DNA from: an uncultured Planctomycetaceae bacterium
GTDB taxonomy: Bacteria; Planctomycetota; MHYJ01; CAZWFP01
Assembly: GCA_964633175.1 (NCBI GenBank)
Contig: CAZWFP010000001.1
Coordinates: forward strand, 942 to 64,941
DNA length: 64,000 bases
Direction of reading: 5' to 3'
The notes below the pieces were generated by a model. It worked only from the letters and a program-made list of their open reading frames with translations. It ran no database searches and had not been told where the DNA came from. Below, in pieces: positions 46,438 to 55,834 of the stretch. Every line of letters begins with the position of its first letter. Position 1 is the first letter of the stretch. A program made the translations under genes and the position numbers.

Positions 46438-47433
46438 TTAACTTATATTTTTTAAGATATCTTTAACGATTGATTCAGAAGTTATATTATTTAATTCACC
46501 TTCAATATTTACTATAATTCTATGTCTTAATACTGGTAATGCGACGTTTTTTATGTCTTCTATGCTAAGATACGGTTTGCTATTTAGTAATGCATAACTT
46601 TGAGCGGATCTCAACAGTATTTGTGCTGCGCGGGGTGAAGCGCCTATTTTTACATATTTTTTTACTGTTTCTAAATTTGAAAGTGCGGGGTTTGATAATC
46701 TGGTTATTGTTGTAATAGCATCAAGTATGTTTTGCGCATACGGTATTTCATATATTAAATTTATGGACTTATTTAATTCTTCTTTAGATATGTCTGATTT
46801 TATTTGTGGATTTTCTACGTTAGATGGCTTCATCTTGACTATTTGCTGCAATGATTTGTCATCAGGCATTGAAATTACGATTTTCATATTGAATCTGTCA
46901 AGTTGCGCTTCGGGTAATGGATAAGTTCCTTCTAATTCAATGGGATTTTGTGTTGCGAAGACAATGAATGGTTTAGGAAGTTCATATTTTTTATTAAAAA
47001 CGGTAACTGTCTTTTCTTGCATTGCTTCCAATAGGGCTGATTGAGTTTTTGGTGATGCCCTGTTTATTTCATCTGCTAATAGAAAGTTGGTGAATATAGG
47101 TCCTTTTTGAAATTGAAACGTTCGCTTTCCATTTTCTTCTATTAATATATTAGTTCCCGTTATATCTGCTGGCATTAAATCAGGTGTGAACTGGATACGG
47201 GCAAATTCCAAATTGAACGATTGGGATAGCAGTTTTGCAAGAAGCGTTTTACCTAAACCAGGTAACCCTTCTAATAATACATGCCCTCCAGACAATATAG
47301 CGCATATAGATAATTCTACTATGTCTTCTTGACCAATGAAATAATTTTCTATCTCTTCTATTACTCTCTTTATTTTAGGTAAAGTAACATTTAGTAGATT
47401 TTTAGCATCTTGTTCAGTAAAGGTAGATTCCAC
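46438..47433 (-). CDS. MoxR-family AAA+ ATPase
   Basis: 'LLEGLPGLGKTLLAKLL', 'RIQFTPDLMPADITG', 'LLADEINRASPKTQSALLEAMQE' MoxR motifs. Confidence 0.85.
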   Translation of the reverse strand: MESTFTEQDAKNLLNVTLPKIKRVIEEIENYFIGQEDIVELSICAILSGGHVLLEGLPGLGKTLLAKLLSQSFNLEFARIQFTPDLMPADITGTNILIEENGKRTFQFQKGPIFTNFLLADEINRASPKTQSALLEAMQEKTVTVFNKKYELPKPFIVFATQNPIELEGTYPLPEAQLDRFNMKIVISMPDDKSLQQIVKMKPSNVENPQIKSDISKEELNKSINLIYEIPYAQNILDAITTITRLSNPALSNLETVKKYVKIGASPRAAQILLRSAQSYALLNSKPYLSIEDIKNVALPVLRHRIIVNIEGELNNITSESIVKDILKNIS

Positions 47434-47437
47434 CTAC

Positions 47438-48067
47438 TTAGAAAAGCTCCTCGTAAGTGGTTAATTGTTCTATTGTTTTTTCAAGTTCTGCTTTTGTTAC
47501 AATGTTTTTTTCTATTAACTTCAAAGTTAGTGCTTTTAACAAAACCTCTGTTTTGGTTTTTTTTATATCTACCGTTTGGGTTGCCGATTCTATTTTTATT
47601 ACATTTTTTAATTCGTTTGCAGGATTGTATTTGAATTTCATAGATAGTTCATTTACTAACCTTCTTATAGAACTTCTTGTAGCAACGCATATAATCAATT
47701 TTTTATTAATTCTTGAACTTATAATGTTTAGGGTCTCGTGGTCGGTAGGGTCATAGGTAGCTATTTTTAGCATGTCATCTTCAAGTCCTATGGGGATTAC
47801 TTCATATTTAACGATAATATCCATAGGTACCTGTTTTATGAGTTTTTCTGGAATGATTAAATTATCAAGGTCGACAAGTTCTAATTTGTTTTGTGTAGAT
47901 AAAAATGAGGCAAGAGTAGGTTCATCTATGTAGTTTAGAGATAGTAAAACCTCTCCTATTCTACCACCGTGTTTTTTTTGATATTCTAGCGCTTTTTCCA
48001 ATTGCATAGGCGTTATGACACCTTTTGAGGCAAGCATTTCACCCAATCGCGTGTTCATTATATACAT
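47438..48067 (-). CDS. stand-alone MshEN-type (T2SSE_N) domain protein, putative c-di-GMP receptor
   Basis: 'RLGEMLASKGVITPMQLEKALEYQ' and 'RIGEVLLSLNYIDEPTLASFLSTQ' are two tandem copies of the RLGxxLLxxGxIxxxxLxxALxxQ MshEN motif. Ends 4 nt before the MoxR start. Confidence 0.55.
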   Translation of the reverse strand: MYIMNTRLGEMLASKGVITPMQLEKALEYQKKHGGRIGEVLLSLNYIDEPTLASFLSTQNKLELVDLDNLIIPEKLIKQVPMDIIVKYEVIPIGLEDDMLKIATYDPTDHETLNIISSRINKKLIICVATRSSIRRLVNELSMKFKYNPANELKNVIKIESATQTVDIKKTKTEVLLKALTLKLIEKNIVTKAELEKTIEQLTTYEELF

Positions 48068-48169
48068 TTTACAATGGATTTTTATTAAAAGTAATTAATT
48101 TAACAAAATTAAAATTGGGTTCCAATGCAAAGGAATGATATGGTATTTTATTACAAGATATAAAATAAT

Positions 48170-49750
48170 ATGAAAAAACTTATTGTTGGTTTACTGCTTT
48201 TTTTTACGCTAACGACACTTGCATTTTGTGGAAAATTCGGTTTTTTGGGTTTTTTGTTCTACTTGCCACTATTTTTTATATATGAATTTTTTGACATTAC
48301 TAAAGTGAAGAAAAAGGTTATCGCCCTGCTATTCATATTTTCTTACTTTCATTTTCTGATTTTATTCTGGTGGTTAAGACATATCTCCATCTTTGCTCCT
48401 TTGTTTTTGGCATTACCGTTAGGTGCTATTAGAGCGTTAGCATTATTCATACCTTTAATGTCCAGTCCTTTTATCCGCGCCTCAAGGTTACATTTTTATA
48501 TCGTTGCTGCTGTTGTTGTGGAAAAAATTATAATTTCTTTTATATATCCTCAGCCATATTTACAGGCGAATTTGATTTTTATAGAATTTGATAATTTTTT
48601 TAAACCTATTCTGCTCTTTCCTACCGGATACCAGAATACTTTCCTTGTCCTGATATCATATTCTCTTTATTCTGTATGTAAGTTGTTATTTTTTAAGTTT
48701 CGCCTTTATAAATGGGAAAAGTTTAACTTAATAGGTGTCGCTCTTATATTAATTTTATTGTCCATAAACAGATTAATTCCTGTAAGGTCAAAACACAAAT
48801 GTGATAAAGTTTTGAATATTGCCCTATTACAACCTAATATAGAGCAACGCGTTAAGAATGAATATCGTGACAGGTCAAAGTATATATTGGATAAGATTAG
48901 GTTCCAAATTGGCGAAGTAAAAAAACAAAGACATAAGGTTGATTTGATAATAGGTCCTGAAACAATATTTCCTTATGTGGTATCATATAAAAATGATGCG
49001 TATAGATTTCTGCGAAGAATAAGAAGGAAAGTTGGTATTGACTTATTGTTAGGTGGTTTTTGGATAGATGCTGAGGGTAATGTTTTTAATTCCGCATTTC
49101 TTGTGACAAAATCTACTATTTATGTTTATAAGAAAGTGCAACTGGTCGTTTTTGGAGAATATTTACCATTGGGTAATGTAAGATTTATAAAGAAATTTTA
49201 TGATGCTTTGCTACCTACAGAAGATTTTGAGGCGTTAAAGAGCGCAAAGAAATTCAGAACGTTTAAATACAAGGGATTAAGAATTCAACCTCTTATATGC
49301 TTTGAAGGATTTTTAGAAAGTAGTTATCGTAATAATAAGGATGTTGATTTATATATAAACCTATCAAATGAGGGATGGTATAAAGACGGATTAGAATTAT
49401 ACTGGGGATGGAAGATTACGAAGGCAATGTCTATTTTTGTGAAAACCCCCATTATTCGTTCTACAAATAGCGGTATATCTGGTGTTCATTACTATGATTA
49501 TCAGGACGGTCAATTATTAAAGTCACAACCATTACAAAAATATAAGCAACTGATAAATTTTGATAGTGTGTATATTAGTGCCTTATGTGTAAGAAAAGGG
49601 GTGGTAACTTTATTAGATAGCATTATATATTTTGTTATTTTCTGCTACTTATTCTTCGTGTATATTGTAATAATTTTATATGCTATTGCGCTGCTTGTGG
49701 TGGGGATATATTTGTTATACCACTATCTTTTAATAAAATTACTTTATTAA
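48170..49750 (+). CDS. lnt: apolipoprotein N-acyltransferase
   Basis: N-terminal multi-TM region followed by a CN-hydrolase domain ('VDLIIGPETIFPY', Cys in 'ICFEG'). Confidence 0.7.
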   Translation: MKKLIVGLLLFFTLTTLAFCGKFGFLGFLFYLPLFFIYEFFDITKVKKKVIALLFIFSYFHFLILFWWLRHISIFAPLFLALPLGAIRALALFIPLMSSPFIRASRLHFYIVAAVVVEKIIISFIYPQPYLQANLIFIEFDNFFKPILLFPTGYQNTFLVLISYSLYSVCKLLFFKFRLYKWEKFNLIGVALILILLSINRLIPVRSKHKCDKVLNIALLQPNIEQRVKNEYRDRSKYILDKIRFQIGEVKKQRHKVDLIIGPETIFPYVVSYKNDAYRFLRRIRRKVGIDLLLGGFWIDAEGNVFNSAFLVTKSTIYVYKKVQLVVFGEYLPLGNVRFIKKFYDALLPTEDFEALKSAKKFRTFKYKGLRIQPLICFEGFLESSYRNNKDVDLYINLSNEGWYKDGLELYWGWKITKAMSIFVKTPIIRSTNSGISGVHYYDYQDGQLLKSQPLQKYKQLINFDSVYISALCVRKGVVTLLDSIIYFVIFCYLFFVYIVIILYAIALLVVGIYLLYHYLLIKLLY

Positions 49751-50740
49751 CTGTTTAATTTTATCTATTACAAGTTGTGGAGTTATTAGATGGGTGCAAG
49801 GATGTGAAGGAATGGGACAGATTCCCAAATAACATGGACTGCAGGAGAGATTTAAATATAAAGGTATTTCTCCATCCAAATCCTCAGGTAAACTCCAGAA
49901 TGGAGAATGCGAACTGTAAATAGTTATTCCCCTTTTATTGAACGCTCTTGCTATAAATCTTAAGCCACTATCTAATGAAATGAATATATCTATGTGTTTT
50001 AAAAACGCTTTCGCTTCTTGCAATGATAGAACAGGGTTTATAAGTGGTATTAAGTCTTTGTTGAATGATTTTATTTGTTCTGCTAATTGTTCTTCACGTG
50101 GTCCTACGAGTATAAATGTGCAAAATCCGTTCTTAACTAAAAATTCTCCCACCGTAGCGAAGTATTCTTCCTTCCACAATTTTGCGTTATGTAAAGGGTA
50201 TCCTGAGTAAGCGGGTAAAATACAGGCAATCTTGTCTTTGTTAACTTCTATCCCATAGTTTTCTATTTTACTTATTACTGATTTTTCTATAGTATCATCT
50301 GTAAATACGTGTGGTTTTGTTTGCCATTGTTTTATTTCCAAAAATCTTAGAAGTTTTAAGTAGAAATCTACAATATAAATTGGTTTGTTTTTATCATAGG
50401 GCAATTTATGGGCAAGAAGAGGGGAGCGCCAGTTTCTACCATACCCTATTGTATTTGTAACTCCTTTTAGTTTTGAGATTAAAGCGACCTTAAATGAACT
50501 TGCCAAACAAAAAGAGTAATCAAAGCTGATATTTTTAATTTTTGATAAAGTGCGGGATACTGATTTATCATATTCAAATAGAAAGTCAATAGGGGGAAAG
50601 GGTTTATAAATGTCAATTACTTTTTTTATCGCAAAAAGGTATATTTTTGAATCTGGATAGTTATTTTTTAGTGTTAATATTAAAGGAGTAGACATAACCG
50701 CATCTCCAACATGATTAGGTGCAAATATAAGGATGTTCAT
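49739..50740 (-). CDS. glycosyltransferase family 9 (LPS heptosyltransferase-like)
   Basis: 'MNILIFAPNHVGDAVMSTPLI' N-terminus and GT9 C-terminal fold. Confidence 0.7.
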   Translation of the reverse strand: MNILIFAPNHVGDAVMSTPLILTLKNNYPDSKIYLFAIKKVIDIYKPFPPIDFLFEYDKSVSRTLSKIKNISFDYSFCLASSFKVALISKLKGVTNTIGYGRNWRSPLLAHKLPYDKNKPIYIVDFYLKLLRFLEIKQWQTKPHVFTDDTIEKSVISKIENYGIEVNKDKIACILPAYSGYPLHNAKLWKEEYFATVGEFLVKNGFCTFILVGPREEQLAEQIKSFNKDLIPLINPVLSLQEAKAFLKHIDIFISLDSGLRFIARAFNKRGITIYSSHSPFWSLPEDLDGEIPLYLNLSCSPCYLGICPIPSHPCTHLITPQLVIDKIKQLIK

Positions 50741-50827
50741 ATTAAAGTTTGAGATTATAAACTTATATAGATATTTTTTGTTATAATTTATTTCTATTAA
50801 ATTGTGTAAGTAAAAGGAGGGACGTCG

Positions 50828-51979
50828 ATGGGGAATAAAATAACTTTTTCAGTCATAAAAGCGGACGTGGGCGGTTTTGTTGGACATTGTACCGTTCATC
50901 CTGATTTGTTAGAGAAGGCAAAGAGTGAATTAGATAGGTATAAAAAAGATAAAGTGTTAGTTGATTTTTGTGTTACGAACTGTGGGGATGATATTGAACT
51001 TATTATGACTCATAGACAGGGTGTGGATAATGAAAAGATTCATAGAATTGCATGGGATACTTTTTTGGCTGCTACGGAAGTAGCGAGAAAATTAAAGCTT
51101 TATGGAGCAGGGCAGGACCTGTTATCTGATAGTTTTTCCGGGAATGTAAAAGGTATGGGGCCAGGGGTTGCAGAATTCGAGTTTGAGGAAAGAAAGTCAG
51201 AACCAATCGTAGTTTTTATGGCTGATAAATGTTCCCCGGGTGCATGGAATCTTCCTCTTTATAAAATATTTGCCGACCCTTTTAATTCGCCCGGATTAGT
51301 AATTGATACTGCTATGCACGAGGGATTTACTTTCGAAGTAGTTGATATATATGAAAACAAGGCAATAAAATTGAACTGTCCTGAAGAATTGTATGATTTA
51401 TTGATGTTTATAGGTGCTCATGAAAAATTTATGATAACTAAGATTTACAGACGTTCGGATAATGAGATCGCAGCAGTTGCTTCTACTCAAAAACTTTCTT
51501 TGATAGCTGGTAAATATGTAGGAAAAGATGATCCTGTGTGTATTGTGAGAAGTCAGTCAGGTTTTCCAGCGGTTGGTGAAATTTTAGAACCGTTTTCATT
51601 GCCCCATTTGGTGGCAGGTTGGACAAGAGGTTCACATTATGGACCGTTAATGCCGGTAAGTTTTAAAAATGCCACTCCTTCGCGTTTAGACGGTCCACCT
51701 CGCGTTATTGCAGCAGGTTTTCAAATTGCAGATGGAAAACTTATAGGTCCTCGAGACCTATTTGATGACCCAGCATATGATTATTCAAGATATCAAGCAA
51801 ATGTTGTTTCGGATTATTTAAGACGTCATGGTCCATTTGAACCACATCGGCTTCCATTGTCTGAGATGGAATATACTACAATGCCAAAATTAATGGAGAA
51901 ATATAAAAATAGGTTCTATAGTGTAGAGGTTAAAAAATCACCTAAATCTAATAAAGACAAGAAAGAAGAGTTTGATTAG
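50828..51979 (+). CDS. fbp: fructose-1,6-bisphosphate aldolase/phosphatase (class V FBPase, FBP A/P)
   Basis: 'ITFSVIKADVGGFVGHCTVHPDLLE' N-terminus diagnostic of the bifunctional FBP aldolase/phosphatase. About 380 aa. Confidence 0.85.
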   Translation: MGNKITFSVIKADVGGFVGHCTVHPDLLEKAKSELDRYKKDKVLVDFCVTNCGDDIELIMTHRQGVDNEKIHRIAWDTFLAATEVARKLKLYGAGQDLLSDSFSGNVKGMGPGVAEFEFEERKSEPIVVFMADKCSPGAWNLPLYKIFADPFNSPGLVIDTAMHEGFTFEVVDIYENKAIKLNCPEELYDLLMFIGAHEKFMITKIYRRSDNEIAAVASTQKLSLIAGKYVGKDDPVCIVRSQSGFPAVGEILEPFSLPHLVAGWTRGSHYGPLMPVSFKNATPSRLDGPPRVIAAGFQIADGKLIGPRDLFDDPAYDYSRYQANVVSDYLRRHGPFEPHRLPLSEMEYTTMPKLMEKYKNRFYSVEVKKSPKSNKDKKEEFD

Positions 51980-53139
51980 GTAAGATAGCAGGCAGGGTCT
52001 GTTTGCCAGGGATCTCCATAGAAATAGTGCGCTCTGGAGCGTAATCCACCGCCGCAGAGGTCAAGATATTTACAATCTTTGCATTTTCCTTTTAAATATT
52101 TCTTTTTGTTTCTTAACATAGACAAAATGTTGTTTGCTTCTGTTGATTCCGTCCAGATTTTGCTGAAAGGTTGTTTTTTTACATTGCCTAAGGTAATCTC
52201 CTGCCAGAATTGGTCTGGATGGACGTTTCCGTAAAAGTCAATACATCCAATACTTACGCCACTGCTGTATAATGCCCCGCCATTCCATTGTAAGAGTTTT
52301 AATGTGTTTTCCGCCATATCGTAGCGCCCTTCTTCTAGTAGTTTTAAATATATATATACGCCATCTACGCTACAACCAACTGTTAAAATTTCTTTCTTGA
52401 TACCTTTCTTATAAAATTCCATGGCTTTTTGAGCAATAAGGTCAATTGCCTGTTTCGTTTCCTGGGGTGTTAGGGTGTCGTTTTTTAATTCTCTTGCTCT
52501 TCCTGAATATGCAAGGTGATAGAAACATACGCGTTCTATTTCTTCTTTTTTCACAAAGTCAAATATTTTTTCTATTTCCAAAAAGTTATGTCGAGTCAGA
52601 GTAAGTCGTAATCCGACTTTTTGTCCTACTTCTTTGCAGTTTCTGAATGCGATACAAGTTTTTTCAAATGCACCAGTTGTTCCTCTGAAACGGTCATTTA
52701 CTTCTCCAATGCCATCTAAACTTATTCCAACATAATTAAATTCTGTATCCTTTATTTTTCGTGCAATTTGTTTTGTAATTAATGTGCCATTTGTAGATAA
52801 AGTAATAGATAATCCTTTTTTTCTGGCGTAATTAGCGAGTTCGAATATGTCAGGACGCATTAATGGTTCACCTCCTGAAAACAATATGCTGGGAACTTTA
52901 AATTGTGCTAAATCATCTATAACGTTTTTGGCTTCTACAAAGGTAAGTTCTCCACTATATTTTTTATTTTCTGAGGAACTATAACAGTGTATACATTTTA
53001 GATTGCAGGTTCTCGTAATGTTCCACACTACGACGGGCTTACGAAATTTTGCACTTTGTAAATCTTTCTCACCCTCTCCGTATCGAAGTTTATCACTGGC
53101 GGTTGCCTGCCCACAATATAACTTGCTTATATTTATCAT
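51976..53139 (-). CDS. radical SAM/SPASM protein, NirJ/AhbC/AhbD family (alternative haem biosynthesis-like)
   Basis: 'KPVVVWNITRTCNLKCIHCYSSSENKKYSGELT…FSGGEPLMRPD' and C-terminal 'CKDCKYLDLCGGGLRSRAHYFYGDPWQTDPACY' SPASM region. Confidence 0.6.
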   Translation of the reverse strand: MINISKLYCGQATASDKLRYGEGEKDLQSAKFRKPVVVWNITRTCNLKCIHCYSSSENKKYSGELTFVEAKNVIDDLAQFKVPSILFSGGEPLMRPDIFELANYARKKGLSITLSTNGTLITKQIARKIKDTEFNYVGISLDGIGEVNDRFRGTTGAFEKTCIAFRNCKEVGQKVGLRLTLTRHNFLEIEKIFDFVKKEEIERVCFYHLAYSGRARELKNDTLTPQETKQAIDLIAQKAMEFYKKGIKKEILTVGCSVDGVYIYLKLLEEGRYDMAENTLKLLQWNGGALYSSGVSIGCIDFYGNVHPDQFWQEITLGNVKKQPFSKIWTESTEANNILSMLRNKKKYLKGKCKDCKYLDLCGGGLRSRAHYFYGDPWQTDPACYLT

Positions 53140-53142
53140 ATT

Positions 53143-53194
53143 AAAGTTTCAAACTCAAAACCTTTGACCTTTGACATGCATTTTTGAGTTTTTA
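53143..53194 (-). repeat. TTTGAC heptamer repeat element (copy B1)
   Basis: The reverse complement 'GTCAAAGGTCAAAGGTTTTGAGTTTGAAACTTTAA' is about 80% identical to 30888–30923. Confidence 0.6.
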
Positions 53195-53223
53195 ATTCCC
53201 TCTATTTTGCATTTCGCTATTGC

Positions 53224-53262
53224 TTTATTTATCTATTACGAGTTTCATTGAATTTTTAAATT
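53224..53262 (+). repeat. same intergenic element (compact copy 3)
   Basis: 'TTTATTTATCTATTACGAGTTTCATTGAATTTTTAAA'. Confidence 0.45.
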
Positions 53263-53273
53263 TTTACATACAC

Positions 53274-53306
53274 TTTTGAGTTTTGGCATTTGACATTTGA
53301 GTTTTT
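53274..53306 (-). repeat. TTTGAG/TTTGAC heptamer array (copy B2)
   Basis: 'TTTTGAGTTTTGGCATTTGACATTTGAGTTTTT'. Its reverse complement matches 55718–55750. Confidence 0.6.
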
Positions 53307-54405
53307 AAGGTAGATAAATACATTTTGGGTCCGACCCCATTAAATCACCAGTTAAATAGAAGGAGCGGGCGCGAGAGCCGCCACAGATATTTTTAAATCC
53401 GCATCTACCACATTTACCTTTTAGTTTTGTATAATCTCTGAGTAGTTTAAATGTTGGTGATTCTCGGTAAATAGACACTATATTTTCTTTTTTAACGTTG
53501 CCACAAGATATTTGCAGAAAGCCACTTGGAAACACCTCACCCGTATGCGAAACAAATACGATTCCTTTGCCATCATTTGCGTTTGGTAACCTGCCTATTT
53601 TCATTGAGGGCTTTGCTGAAGATTCTTGTTTAAAATCAGTTATATATCCTTTATTTATTGAGTTATTTTTTTGTATGATGAATCTTCTGTAATGTGGTGC
53701 TTCTGTGGATTTTACCTCAAAATGAGATGTTTTTGATATTTTATACATAATCTCAAAGGCATTTTCATATTCTTGGGCGGCAATATCGTATTCGGGCTTT
53801 GCTCTGCCAGTTGGAACTAAAAAAAAGACACTCCACATAACAATATTTGGAAAATTTTTTAGGAGATTCCCTATGTTTTCTATGTCTTCATAGTTCCTCT
53901 TCGTTACAGTCGTATTTATTTGTAAAGGGAGGTTAATTTTAGAAGTATGTGTAATTGCTGCAATTGTTCTATTATATGAACCGTCAATGCCTCTAAAAGA
54001 ATCATGTATTTTTGAGTTAGCCCCATCTAAACTAAATGCAATTCTTGCTATACCTATGTCTTTAAATTTTGTCAATATATCATTTGTAAGAAGAGGTGTG
54101 ATGCTTGGTGCAATGCAGGTTCTTATACCTTTGTTTATACTATATTTTAAGATATCAAAGATATCATCTCGTTTTAAAGGGTCCCCACCTGTAAAAACAA
54201 TTGCAGGAGTTGTTATACTGTTGTCATCATGAATATCAATACCAAAGTTTGCTATTTCATCAACGAGCTTGAAAACTTCTTTCGTTGTTAGTTCGTTTGC
54301 ATTTCTAAAGGGTATAGCATTTGCCCTGCAATGTATACAGACAAGATCACATGCCTGGGTTAATTCGATGTATACTATCATCGGTGATTTAGTTAAGTCC
54401 AGCAT
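53305..54405 (-). CDS. radical SAM/SPASM protein, AhbD/NirJ-like
   Basis: 'ELTQACDLVCIHCRANA…FTGGDPLKRDD' and C-terminal 'CGRCGFKNICGGSRARSFYLTGDLMGSDPKC'. Confidence 0.55.
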   Translation of the reverse strand: MLDLTKSPMIVYIELTQACDLVCIHCRANAIPFRNANELTTKEVFKLVDEIANFGIDIHDDNSITTPAIVFTGGDPLKRDDIFDILKYSINKGIRTCIAPSITPLLTNDILTKFKDIGIARIAFSLDGANSKIHDSFRGIDGSYNRTIAAITHTSKINLPLQINTTVTKRNYEDIENIGNLLKNFPNIVMWSVFFLVPTGRAKPEYDIAAQEYENAFEIMYKISKTSHFEVKSTEAPHYRRFIIQKNNSINKGYITDFKQESSAKPSMKIGRLPNANDGKGIVFVSHTGEVFPSGFLQISCGNVKKENIVSIYRESPTFKLLRDYTKLKGKCGRCGFKNICGGSRARSFYLTGDLMGSDPKCIYLP

Positions 54406-54609
54406 ACTGATTCTATTGGCAAATCCTGTTCCATTGGATATATGCGTCTATAATTGATAAGAAGAAACGCTACTTCTCAATTGTGATATATTTAGCATCA
54501 TTGCTTTCCCAATTTTTGAGAAATTATTATATTTTTTTAACAATATGCCCTCGCGGGGGTAGGATAGTATATTGTATCCTCACTAAAATTTAAGTATAAT
54601 TCTATTTCT

Positions 54610-55782
54610 ATGTATGTTTTGAAATTTGCAAAGGCATTACTGCACCTTAGTATTGTGTTAGGAATACTAAGATTGTTTACTATCAATGGATTTGATTTAA
54701 GTGTTGTGGGGAAATTGCAGAACGTTCATGGTAGATTATTCATATTTGGATTTTTTGGAACGCTTTTAAGTTTTGAAAAATTGTTTTCTCAATATAAATA
54801 TATACCATTTCTTTTTAGATTGACCCCGCTTTCCTTCATTAGCGGTTCTGTAATACTTGTCATAAGTGCCATAATAAAGAGCAGGTATATAGGTTTTTAT
54901 TTTGTAGTAACAAGCCATATATTGTTTTCTATAGGAGGACTACTATTAGTTATATACTACTTTAAAAACATATTTATTCATAAGATAAATGCTCCATCAC
55001 AATTCTTATTTTTATTGGGAAGTGCCGTTATACCAATTGCTTCTTTATATTCTACAAAATTTACAACTTTATTGGAAGCGGGGAAACCTGAATTTTTTCT
55101 TTTGTTTCCTATGTTTGTGATTGTAGGTGAAAGATTGGACTTTATAAGGATTTTTACAAAGTCAGTTCTGCTTAAAAGCCAGATTGTTCTGGGAGTATTG
55201 ACTTTTTTATCTTATATAGTTGCGCTTGTAACTGACAATACTTATAAGATTGAAAAATATACGTTATTTTCCCTTATTATTAATTCGTTTGTAGCGGAGT
55301 TATTTGCGATGAAACATAGATTTGGTGAATTTAAGAAAATACATAAATATATGAGAGTTACTCTTATCATTGCTTACATTTTTGCTATTGTAGGCATATT
55401 ATTGTTGATGGTGAGGAGTTTTGAACCGGGATTCCATTCTATAAGTTTAGGATTTGTTTTTGGTATGGTATTTTCACATGCAATAGTGATATTTCCATCT
55501 ATTATGGCTAAAAAGTTACCCCAGGATAATCAAATATCATACGTGCCTTTCATAATATTTACCATATCCAACGTTTTAAGGGTATCAAGTTCAACGGTTA
55601 TATATTTAGGATTATTATCATCAAAGGTAATGCCTATATTTTCTGCAATTAATATAGCCTCTGGTTTCTTTCATTTTCTGTCTATATTACTTCTTTTTAT
55701 TAAGGTAAAGTCCATAATAAACTCAAATGTCAAAGCTCAAAAGTCAAATGTCGAAAGTGCGGGTCAAGGTTTAAAAGTTTAA
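54610..55782 (+). CDS. polytopic membrane protein, hypothetical (3' end probably overcalled into the repeat element)
   Basis: About 10–12 predicted TM helices. The last about 20 codons are translated from the heptamer repeat. Confidence 0.4.
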   Translation: MYVLKFAKALLHLSIVLGILRLFTINGFDLSVVGKLQNVHGRLFIFGFFGTLLSFEKLFSQYKYIPFLFRLTPLSFISGSVILVISAIIKSRYIGFYFVVTSHILFSIGGLLLVIYYFKNIFIHKINAPSQFLFLLGSAVIPIASLYSTKFTTLLEAGKPEFFLLFPMFVIVGERLDFIRIFTKSVLLKSQIVLGVLTFLSYIVALVTDNTYKIEKYTLFSLIINSFVAELFAMKHRFGEFKKIHKYMRVTLIIAYIFAIVGILLLMVRSFEPGFHSISLGFVFGMVFSHAIVIFPSIMAKKLPQDNQISYVPFIIFTISNVLRVSSSTVIYLGLLSSKVMPIFSAINIASGFFHFLSILLLFIKVKSIINSNVKAQKSNVESAGQGLKV

Positions 55783-55790
55783 GGTTTAAG
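55718..55790 (+). repeat. TCAAA-heptamer repeat element (copy C)
   Basis: 'AAACTCAAATGTCAAAGCTCAAAAGTCAAATGTCGAAAG…GTCAAGGTTTAAAAGTTTAAGGTTTAAG'. Confidence 0.6.
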
Positions 55791-55834
55791 GGCACTATAT
55801 TGATAAGTTACAGTGGAAATATTCAATCTAATTT

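Noticed and set aside
54269-54457. Small plus-strand ORFs overlapping the 3' and 5' ends of the ahbD-like gene
   Set aside because: Short, no RBS, and on the opposite strand of a well-supported radical-SAM gene.
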